NCBI GenBank assembly: GCA_047619225.1
Contig: JBLHJX010000003.1
Coordinates: 4,294 to 68,293 of the forward strand
Direction: 5' to 3'
Length of the DNA stretch: 64,000 bases
From: Candidatus Latescibacterota bacterium
GTDB lineage: Bacteria; Latescibacterota; UBA2968
The notes beneath the pieces were generated by a model, which was not told where the DNA came from, did not search any database, and saw nothing but the letters and a program-made list of their open reading frames with translations. Positions within the stretch are counted from its first letter, which is position 1, and each line of letters starts with the position of its first letter. The translations under genes and the position numbers were made by a program. This document shows positions 1 to 7,304 of the stretch, in pieces.

Positions 1-2
1 TG

Positions 3-158
3 GGTACTTTGTCTGGGATTAAAGCCCGACGTTTTGTAATGCTCAGTAAGAAGGGTACGTTGGTTTTATACAGTTTGGCACAGGGCGAGGTCGTTGCGGT
101 TATGGCCGTTGAAGGTGGTGGTGTACAGACTGCGCTTGTGCAAGGAGGCTTGAAATGA
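3..158 (+). CDS. 3' end of an unidentified CDS entering from upstream of the window (51 codons visible)
   Basis: Frame +3 is open from the window edge to TGA at 156-158. The stop overlaps the next start (ATGA at 155-158), which suggests translational coupling. The visible peptide ...KKGTLVLYSLAQGEVVAVMAVEGGGVQTALVQGGLK has no motif I recognise. Confidence 0.35.
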   Translation, partial: GTLSGIKARRFVMLSKKGTLVLYSLAQGEVVAVMAVEGGGVQTALVQGGLK

Positions 159-1204
159 GTGAAGAACCGATTCATGCCTTTTATCACGCAGTGGCTTGGG
201 ACCGGCAGAAAAAAGTCTATGATGTTATCTTGGCAAGCGGTGTTGTTTTGTATTTGGCTTTGTTTGTCGGTATTGGTGCCGTTTTACATCCCAATGCCAC
301 TGCAGAAACGCTGATTATTCGCGGGTTTGGAACTGCCGCATTGTTGCTTCTGCACGTGATCTTATCTGTTGGACCTTTGGCGCGATTGGACAGTCGATTT
401 TTGCCATTTTTGTATAATCGGCGGCATATGGGTGTGACGATGTTCTTGTTGGCATTGGTACACGGTGCGTTCTCTATTTTACAGTTTCATGGGTTTGGTG
501 ATCTGAATCCATTGGTCAGTGTGTTGGTGAGCAATACCCGCCTGGACAGTTTAAGCCAATTTCCTTTTCAGCCCTTGGGATTGCTCGCGCTGTTGATATT
601 GTTTTTGATGGCTGCAACCAGTCACGACTTTTGGATGGCGAATCTAACACCTCCCATTTGGAAAGCGTTGCATATGCTGGTTTATGTGGCTTATGCACTG
701 ATTGTTTTGCACGTGGCTTTGGGTGTGTTGCAAGCAGAGACAAATCCTGTGTTGACGGGTTTGTTGGTGCTCGGTGTGGTGTGGGTAAGCGTGTTACATA
801 TTTGGGCAGGGCACAAAGAGAAACTTGTGGACTTGGCTGCTTTGGCGGTTGAATCGGATGGATTTGCCTCTGTTTGTCTGGTCGATGATATTCCTGAAAA
901 ACGCGCTTTGATTGTTGCGTTGGGTGATGAACGCGTAGCAGTGTTTCGATATGATGGGAAAGTTTCAGCGGTATCGAATGTATGCCAGCACCAGAATGGA
1001 CCCTTGGGCGAGGGGCGCGTGATAGATGGACTCATAACGTGTCCGTGGCACGGGTTTCAATATTGCCCAGCAGATGGCAAATCTCCAGAGCCTTTTAGGG
1101 AACGTGTTCCAACATTTGATGTTAAAGTTTTGGATGGCAAAGTATTTGTTCAAGAGCAACCCAATTTGCCAGGGACATACGCAGAACCTGGACAAATAAT
1201 ATAA
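155..1204 (+). CDS. Ferric-reductase-like (YedZ/MsrQ-type) multi-pass membrane domain fused to a C-terminal Rieske [2Fe-2S] domain
   Basis: AAGGAGG lies 7 nt upstream of the ATG. The N-terminal ~210 aa contain about six hydrophobic helices with paired His residues (LLLLHVIL, RRHMGV..LALVHGAF, ATSHDFW, LHMLVYVAYALIVLHVAL). The C-terminus carries CQH-x16-CPWH, the Rieske cluster ligands. Confidence 0.8.
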   Translation: MSEEPIHAFYHAVAWDRQKKVYDVILASGVVLYLALFVGIGAVLHPNATAETLIIRGFGTAALLLLHVILSVGPLARLDSRFLPFLYNRRHMGVTMFLLALVHGAFSILQFHGFGDLNPLVSVLVSNTRLDSLSQFPFQPLGLLALLILFLMAATSHDFWMANLTPPIWKALHMLVYVAYALIVLHVALGVLQAETNPVLTGLLVLGVVWVSVLHIWAGHKEKLVDLAALAVESDGFASVCLVDDIPEKRALIVALGDERVAVFRYDGKVSAVSNVCQHQNGPLGEGRVIDGLITCPWHGFQYCPADGKSPEPFRERVPTFDVKVLDGKVFVQEQPNLPGTYAEPGQII

Positions 1205-1271
1205 GGATGTAAAAGCGTCTCTGTGATGCATGGGAGTGACCGTTTTTTTCACTTAACGAAAGTTTTGTCCT

Positions 1272-2030
1272 ATGGCTAAAAACGATGAATTCTATATTGG
1301 TTATTTAGACCGTCCCCCCGCTGGTATAAAGAAATTTGTAAAAAAGGCAGTTGTGGGTGTTTTCTGTATTGCAGCGATTGTAGCGATGATCTTGGTGACT
1401 GGACAATTGCCTTTTGCGGCCAGTTTGTTTGAGTTTGGAAACGAGCGTACGTTTGAAGGGATAATTCAAGAACGGCCTTATCCTATATTGTTGGTGGATC
1501 GCCCAGGTCAGACAGGGCAGGCCGATGGTCTCTCTCGATATCCGCTTGTTGCATTTGGGAAAATGGGTGCAGATGGTTTGGTCGCAAATTTGAGCGGCCA
1601 ACGGGTGAAATTGGATGGCACATTGATCTATCGGGATAATCAGACGATGATCGAAGTGGTTGATGGAACGGTTCAGGTTATCGGGTCTAACACAACGGAT
1701 ATCCCTGTTGGTCAATCGTTGGGTGTGCAGACACTGGTGGGTGAGATTGTCGACAGCAAATGCTTTCTTGGCGTGATGAACCCTGGCAATTTGAAACCCC
1801 ATAAAGCGTGTGCTATTCGCTGTATCAGTGGTGGTATTCCACCCATTTTTTTGGTGAGAGACAAAGCCAATCACGCATCTCATTATTTGTTGGTATCTCA
1901 AGATGGACAATCGGTTAACCAGCAAGTTTTGGATAAGATTGCAGAACCTTTGCGGATAGTGGGTGAAGTTATAGTGCAGGGCGATTTGAAGATTTTGAAA
2001 GCAGATCCTAAGATGTTTCAAAGAATGTGA
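1272..2030 (+). CDS. Hypothetical membrane-anchored protein with a conserved-looking Cys cluster
   Basis: There is a single N-terminal TM helix (VVGVFCIAAIVAMILVTG) followed by a soluble domain with CFLGVMNPGNLKPHKACAIRCISGGIPP. Composition is protein-like. The overlapping 303-aa antisense ORF is compositionally implausible. Confidence 0.6.
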   Translation: MAKNDEFYIGYLDRPPAGIKKFVKKAVVGVFCIAAIVAMILVTGQLPFAASLFEFGNERTFEGIIQERPYPILLVDRPGQTGQADGLSRYPLVAFGKMGADGLVANLSGQRVKLDGTLIYRDNQTMIEVVDGTVQVIGSNTTDIPVGQSLGVQTLVGEIVDSKCFLGVMNPGNLKPHKACAIRCISGGIPPIFLVRDKANHASHYLLVSQDGQSVNQQVLDKIAEPLRIVGEVIVQGDLKILKADPKMFQRM

Positions 2031-2166
2031 TAAAAGATGGAAACAGAGCCAAAGAATAAGAATATCTAACACCGTAGGATGTGGTCGTCGTTCTTTTCTT
2101 GCTCTGAGAATACGGGAAATTGACTGAGTCCGTTTATTTCTTTTCCTCTTTTTGGGAGACGCATTG

Positions 2167-2946
2167 ATGACACTCAGTAGCAATGTCGTTGCTTTGACCG
2201 ATATGCCCACAGGCAAGCAGACCGCTGGAAAGTATGTGGTGAGGTTTGCCCAAAACGCGGTGGATATCGACGCGGCTTTGAAGCTTCGTTTTGATGTGTT
2301 TAACTTAGAATTGGGCGAAGGGTTGGCCGGGTCTTTTGATACGCAGCGTGATGAAGACCCATTTGATGCCTATTGTCATCATTTGATCGTAGAAGAGAGA
2401 GAGACCCAGCAGGTTGTTGGCACCTATCGGATGCAGTCATTTGAAATGGCGCAGGCAGGCATTGGTTTTTATTCAGCTGGCCAATATGACTTTTCTGGGC
2501 TTCCAGATGAGGTGGTCCAGCAGTCTATTGAGGTAGGACGAGCGTGTATTGCAGAAAAACACCGCAATTCGCGTGTGCTGTTTTTGTTGTGGCGTGGATT
2601 GGCGATGTATATGACACACAAACAAAAGCGATTTCTGTTTGGGTGCTGCTCGCTAACCAGCCAAGATGAAGCTGAAGGCAATCGTGTCATGAGACAACTC
2701 CAACAAAATGGTTATCTGCACCCAGAATTTCGTTTGGCCCCCAAGTCAGATTATGTCTGTGGCGGCGAAATCCCCAATCGGGTAGGCAGATTGAAGTTGC
2801 CAACGTTGTTTAAGATTTATTTGGATTATGGAGCAATGGTGTGTAGCTTTCCTGCAATAGATCGACAGTTTAAGACGGTCGACTTTTTGGTTATGTTAGA
2901 TTTGGATGCGCTAGATCCACGTACACGTCGGTTGTATTTTAGGTAA
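2167..2946 (+). CDS. GNAT-type N-acyltransferase, OlsB / 'putative hemolysin'-like (amino-acid N-acyltransferase of aminolipid synthesis)
   Basis: The sequence VVRFAQNAVDIDAALKLRFDVFNLELGEGL...DEDPFDAYCHHLIV...YRMQ resembles the OlsB-type GNAT family. I moved the start to ATG 2167, which has GGGAGA 7 nt upstream (the track starts at TTG 2152). A PlsC-type acyltransferase follows directly. Confidence 0.7.
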   Translation: MTLSSNVVALTDMPTGKQTAGKYVVRFAQNAVDIDAALKLRFDVFNLELGEGLAGSFDTQRDEDPFDAYCHHLIVEERETQQVVGTYRMQSFEMAQAGIGFYSAGQYDFSGLPDEVVQQSIEVGRACIAEKHRNSRVLFLLWRGLAMYMTHKQKRFLFGCCSLTSQDEAEGNRVMRQLQQNGYLHPEFRLAPKSDYVCGGEIPNRVGRLKLPTLFKIYLDYGAMVCSFPAIDRQFKTVDFLVMLDLDALDPRTRRLYFR

Positions 2947-3015
2947 AAAGAAAGCAGAAAGAAGGAAGAAGAAAAAATAAAGAATTCCTCCTTCTCTCTT
3001 TTTCAAGAGCTGTTT

Positions 3016-3810
3016 ATGCGAAGATTACGTGTCATACGACGATTGATCCTGTTTTCGACTGCAATTATAGGTATGTATTCTATTATTGTGGTGGGGCGTA
3101 TTGTGTGTCAGATTCGTGGACGGTCGTGGATTGGGTGGCGCAATAAATGGGTGCGCATTTGGGCGCGTTATACCATTTGGATTACAGGTGGCCGATTAAC
3201 GGTGATTGGAAATCCTCCCAAACCGCCTTTTGTTTTGGTCAGCAATCACTTGACCTATATCGATATTCCTGCGTTTTTTGCATCGGTGGACAGTGTATTT
3301 GTGTCCAAGATGGAAGTGCGGTCGTGGCCAATTTTGGGCCGGATTGTGACTGGGGTGAATACAATCTTTGTTGATCGCACACGTCGAAGTGATGTGGTGC
3401 GTGTGAATGAACTGATTGCAGAGCAAATAGATGATCAAAAAGGGTTGATCATTTTTCCGGAAGGGACCAGTACGGAAGGCGCCGAGGTGTTGCCGTTTAA
3501 ACCGTCGCTTCTGGCTTTTCCTGCAAGTCAGGGGGTGCCGGTTCATTATGCCGCCATTTCATATCGGACACCACCAGGTGAAATACCCGCACATATATCT
3601 GTCTGTTGGGCTGTTAATGGGGGCCCATTTTTGACGCATTTGATGCGGTTCAGTAGTATTTCGTCTTACGAAATTGAAGTGCGTTATGGTGCAGAGCCTG
3701 TGCTTGCATCAGACCGCAAAGTTTTGGCTGAAGAACTTTGGACACGGATATGCCAAGAATTTGTTCCAAGTGTAAAAAAGGAATCAGAATGTCAGAGCAC
3801 CCCCTTGTGA
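3016..3810 (+). CDS. 1-acyl-sn-glycerol-3-phosphate acyltransferase family (PlsC/OlsA-like lyso-aminolipid O-acyltransferase)
   Basis: It has an N-terminal TM helix, the HX4D motif (NHLTYID) and the FPEGTS motif. These are typical of the PlsC family. Confidence 0.8.
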   Translation: MRRLRVIRRLILFSTAIIGMYSIIVVGRIVCQIRGRSWIGWRNKWVRIWARYTIWITGGRLTVIGNPPKPPFVLVSNHLTYIDIPAFFASVDSVFVSKMEVRSWPILGRIVTGVNTIFVDRTRRSDVVRVNELIAEQIDDQKGLIIFPEGTSTEGAEVLPFKPSLLAFPASQGVPVHYAAISYRTPPGEIPAHISVCWAVNGGPFLTHLMRFSSISSYEIEVRYGAEPVLASDRKVLAEELWTRICQEFVPSVKKESECQSTPL

Positions 3811-4292
3811 TTTTGGACAATATCCGCTTCTTAGAGCAAGGTATATGGGTCTTGCAAAAGATGGATGAGGCGGTGTATGAGTGTCATGCCCATCCGTTTG
3901 AACAAGGGGGCATCGGTCGCCATATGCGGCACGTGTTAGATCATTATGCTTTGTTTTGGGATGGTTTGGGTGGTGGTGTGGTTGATTTTGATGACCGTGC
4001 GCGCGATTCAGAAGTTGAACAGAACCGGTTACGTGCGGTGGCTTTGTTGGAGACGTTGAGAAGCACATTAACCGATTGGATGGAGACCCGACCCGATCTG
4101 GATCGTCAAGTACGGGTTTGTCACAATGGGGCGTGGTGCCAATCGAGTGTGGGGCGTGAATTGCAACATTTGATCAACCACACGGTCCACCATTATGCAT
4201 TCATTGGGCTCATTTTGCGCTTGCAAGGCGCAGAGGTTGATGATACTTTTGGCGTAGCACCTTCGACCTATCAAGCGCAATTGGCAAAGTGA
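3789..4292 (+). CDS. DinB-family (DinB_2-like) metal-binding protein
   Basis: His-rich motifs HMRHVLDHY and INHTVHHYAF are typical of the DinB four-helix-bundle family. The start was moved to ATG 3789 (AAGGA upstream). It overlaps the end of the upstream gene by 22 nt. Confidence 0.55.
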   Translation: MSEHPLVILDNIRFLEQGIWVLQKMDEAVYECHAHPFEQGGIGRHMRHVLDHYALFWDGLGGGVVDFDDRARDSEVEQNRLRAVALLETLRSTLTDWMETRPDLDRQVRVCHNGAWCQSSVGRELQHLINHTVHHYAFIGLILRLQGAEVDDTFGVAPSTYQAQLAK

Positions 4293-4323
4293 ATAACCGA
4301 TCGGAAGCTCGGTTATTTGTTTT
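4293..4323 (+). terminator. Rho-independent terminator after the DinB-like gene
   Basis: An 8-bp stem ATAACCGA/TCGGTTAT encloses an 8-nt loop and is followed by TTGTTTT. Confidence 0.6.
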
Positions 4324-4402
4324 GGGTTTGGATGTTTGGGCTTCTTTTTATACTTTTGTGCTGGGTGTGTGTTTTGTTCATCTGTTTTGAGGAGTACCTT
4401 TT

Positions 4403-4897
4403 GTGGCAGACGAAGCAATTTTTCCGGTGATGATTGAGATTCCCAAGGGGAGTCGCAACAAGTATGAATATGATCGCGAGCGACGGATATTGAAGTTTGA
4501 TCGTATGTTGTTTTCGTCAATGCATTATCCCAGTGATTACGGTTTTTTTCTCGATACATTGTCAGAAGACGGCGATCCATTAGATGCGTTGGTTCTGGTT
4601 TGGGAACCGACATTTCCGGGGTGTTTGATTGATGTGAAACCCGTTGGTGTGTTTAAAATGCGAGACGAAAAAGGCCCTGATGAAAAGATATTGTGCGTGC
4701 CCATTACAGACCCTTTGTGGAACCACACTGAAAAACTCGCAGATGTACCCCCCCATTTATTAAAAGAGATTGAGCATTTTTTTACGGTATACAAAGATTT
4801 AGAGAGTAAAAAGGTGGAGGTCGATGGGTGGGAAGATCGGGATGTGGCTTTGCGACTGATCAAAGAATCGCAAAAGCGGGAGAAAGAATTCTTTTAA
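4403..4897 (+). CDS. ppa: Inorganic pyrophosphatase, family I
   Basis: The sequence IEIPKGSRNKYEYD...DGDPLDALV...DEKI matches classic family I PPase signatures. The start is GTG with GGAG 8 nt upstream. Confidence 0.95.
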   Translation: MADEAIFPVMIEIPKGSRNKYEYDRERRILKFDRMLFSSMHYPSDYGFFLDTLSEDGDPLDALVLVWEPTFPGCLIDVKPVGVFKMRDEKGPDEKILCVPITDPLWNHTEKLADVPPHLLKEIEHFFTVYKDLESKKVEVDGWEDRDVALRLIKESQKREKEFF

Positions 4898-4926
4898 ACA
4901 ACCCCTCAGGTGGCAACATTATCTCG

Positions 4927-4965
4927 ATACCTCATTTAATCAGATGATTAAATGAGGTATTTTTA
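4927..4965 (+). terminator. Rho-independent terminator after ppa
   Basis: A perfect 14-bp stem ATACCTCATTTAAT/ATTAAATGAGGTAT has a 6-nt loop and is followed by TTTTT. Confidence 0.85.
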
Positions 4966-5049
4966 TTGAGAATGATCGGCGGTTTAGATAAAAAATGTTT
5001 TTCGTAAACAGGGGCATAGAAGTTTTGGCATATTTTTGTTGTTGTGTGG

Positions 5050-5078
5050 CATCTAAGATCTTAGTAAGATCTTAGATG
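5050..5078. promoter_or_regulatory. Perfect 29-bp palindrome, a candidate operator or hairpin upstream of the RLP island
   Basis: CATCTAAGATCTTA-g-TAAGATCTTAGATG forms 14-bp arms around one central base. It sits in the 400-bp intergenic region before the gene at 5298. Confidence 0.4.
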
Positions 5079-5297
5079 TCTGGCGGGTTTGAGATTCATC
5101 TTAAGCTGTAGGCGGGGTGAGGGTTCTTTTGGCGTGGCATGGTTTAGTCCCTGTGTTGGTGTACCGAAACAGGGCGCATCTGTTTGGGGTGGCGAATCGG
5201 TTCAGTTTTGTGCACCTTTTGAAGGTCACGCTGTCTTAATCTCTTAAAGAATTAGGCGGCATCTTTTAGTAGAAGATCCAAGAGTGAGGAGCCCTCA

Positions 5298-7271
5298 ATG
5301 AGCAAATATGTGCAATATTATGGTGTCGATAGTCCACCAGCAGAACAGATGAACCTCCAAGCGGGGCCTGTGTCAATGGTGTTTGAGCCTGAACTGGGCT
5401 TTTTGCGCTACATCAAGGTGAATGGCCGTGAGATTTTGCGTGGGATTTATGTGGCCGTTCGCGATCACAATTGGGGCACAATTGCACCCAAAGTGGACAA
5501 TGTGTCGGTGGACCAATCGGGTGATGGTTTTGTGGTGACGTTTGATGTTTCCTGCGTGCAGCGAAACATTGATTTTTTCTGGCGCGGGCGCATTGTGGGT
5601 GATTCGAGTGGGGCGGTGGTTTATGAAATGGACGGAGATGCACGTTCCACATTCCTGCGCAACCGCATTGGTTTTTGTGTGTTGCACGCTCCGTCTGAGT
5701 GTGCGGGGGATGCGTGTGTGATCGAAAAGGCCGATGGCACAAGTGAAGAAGGGCATTTTCCCAGTGAGATTTCACCCCATCAGCCGTTTATAGATATGAA
5801 GGCGATTACGCACGAGGTGATCCCGGGTGTGAAGGCGCGAGTGGCTTTTGAGGGTGATACTTTTGAGATGGAAGACCAACGTAATTGGACGGACGCATCG
5901 TATAAGACTTATTGCACACCCTTGGCATTGCCTTTTCCTGTTGAAGTGAAAGCAGGCGAGAAGATCCAGCAATCGGTAACGGTTTCACTTGAAGGCGATG
6001 GGTTAGATACGGGTGAGGGAGAGGTCGCAGAGGACGTGACTTTTCAGGCAACAGGTGAACCTGCACGACGGTTGCCTGAAATTGGCTTGGGTGTGGCCAG
6101 CCACGGGCAGGTTTTAGGCGAAGAAGAGGTGTCTCGTTTGCGTGTGCTGAATCTGTCGCATTTGCGTGTGGATTTACATTTGTCGGTAGAGGGCTGGCGC
6201 AGCGCATTGGATCGGGCAGTTGCTGAAGTGACGGTGTTGGGTGTGAAGCTGGAGATGGCCATTTTTGTGAGCGATAATGCCCAAGCAGAGTTGGGTGTAT
6301 TGGGCGAAGCGTTGGCCGAGGCAAAACCAAATGTGGCACGCTGGTTTATTTTTCACGAAGGCGAGAAGTCAACATCGGCAGGTTGGGTGAAGTTGGCCCG
6401 TGAAGTTTTGAAAAAGTATGACACCAATCCCCCTTTGGGTGGGGGGACCCGAGCTTATTTCACGGAGCTCAATCGCAACCGTCCACCCGTGAAGGATATT
6501 GAGTGTGTGACCTATTCTCTCAATCCACAGGTACACGCGTTTGACAATGCGTCGATGGCAGAGACGTTGGAGGCCCAAGGTTGGACGGTGGACAGTGCAC
6601 GAAAGTTTGTGGGTGATTTGCCCATTTCTGTTTCGCCGGTGACATTGCGACCCCAATTTAATCCCAATGCGACTGGGAACGATTCTGAGGGTGATCTGGG
6701 AACTTTACCCGCCCAAGTAGACCCGCGGCAGATGTCCCTTTTTGGTGCTGGGTGGACACTGGGCAGTTTGAAATATTTGAGTGAGTCGGGTGTGCGCAGT
6801 GTGACCTATTTTGAAACGTCGGGATGGCGTGGGGTGCAAGAGACGCCCGATGGGTCGGCAGAACCTGAGCTTTTTCAATCCAAACCCTCATCTGTGTTCC
6901 CTTTGTATCACACGATGGCCTATTTTGGTGGTGTAAAGGGGGGCGAGATTGTTCCATCTGTTTCGAGCGACAAGTTGCGTGTGGAGGGTGCTATTTTGCG
7001 CAGGGGCAATTGGGTGCGGTTCTTGGTGGCGAACCTGACGGCAAAAGAACAGAAGATACGTGTGTCTTATGCAGGTCTAAAGGATACGGTTCGCGCTGAG
7101 GTAATGGATGAGACGTTTTTTGAAGATGCCACAGAGCACCCCGAACGATTTCGTTTGCGTAAGACCGAAATGCAAGGTGTGGTGATTGTTGAGGTGACAG
7201 ATGAAGCGTTTGAATTGACTCTGAAACCCTTTGCGTCGGTATGCGCTAAAGCAGCTGTTGATAATGGATAA
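5298..7271 (+). CDS. Hypothetical 657-aa cytoplasmic protein, function unknown
   Basis: GAGGAG lies 6 nt upstream of the ATG. Composition is protein-like throughout. There is no signal peptide and no motif I can assign. It ends 33 nt before the RuBisCO-like gene. Confidence 0.75.
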   Translation: MSKYVQYYGVDSPPAEQMNLQAGPVSMVFEPELGFLRYIKVNGREILRGIYVAVRDHNWGTIAPKVDNVSVDQSGDGFVVTFDVSCVQRNIDFFWRGRIVGDSSGAVVYEMDGDARSTFLRNRIGFCVLHAPSECAGDACVIEKADGTSEEGHFPSEISPHQPFIDMKAITHEVIPGVKARVAFEGDTFEMEDQRNWTDASYKTYCTPLALPFPVEVKAGEKIQQSVTVSLEGDGLDTGEGEVAEDVTFQATGEPARRLPEIGLGVASHGQVLGEEEVSRLRVLNLSHLRVDLHLSVEGWRSALDRAVAEVTVLGVKLEMAIFVSDNAQAELGVLGEALAEAKPNVARWFIFHEGEKSTSAGWVKLAREVLKKYDTNPPLGGGTRAYFTELNRNRPPVKDIECVTYSLNPQVHAFDNASMAETLEAQGWTVDSARKFVGDLPISVSPVTLRPQFNPNATGNDSEGDLGTLPAQVDPRQMSLFGAGWTLGSLKYLSESGVRSVTYFETSGWRGVQETPDGSAEPELFQSKPSSVFPLYHTMAYFGGVKGGEIVPSVSSDKLRVEGAILRRGNWVRFLVANLTAKEQKIRVSYAGLKDTVRAEVMDETFFEDATEHPERFRLRKTEMQGVVIVEVTDEAFELTLKPFASVCAKAAVDNG

Positions 7272-7304
7272 TGTGGGTGTTTATGTTTTTTAAGGGTGGT
7301 AAAT

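Noticed and set aside
1305-2216. A 303-aa minus-strand ORF, together with similar long antisense or alternative-frame ORFs at 7067-8095, 8966-9922, 37483-38157, 40448-41275, 41820-42911, 44683-45339 and 46816-47397.
   Set aside because: Each lies fully inside a better-supported gene on the opposite strand or in another frame. Their translations are low-complexity (rich in R, H, P, C, Q and T) with no motifs and no SD. I treat them as shadow ORFs.
5013-5030. A sigma-54 promoter, based on GGCATAGAAGTTTTGGCA and TGGCATATTTTTG.
   Set aside because: The GG-to-GC spacing does not fit the -24/-12 consensus (TGGCAC-N5-TTGC) in either register.
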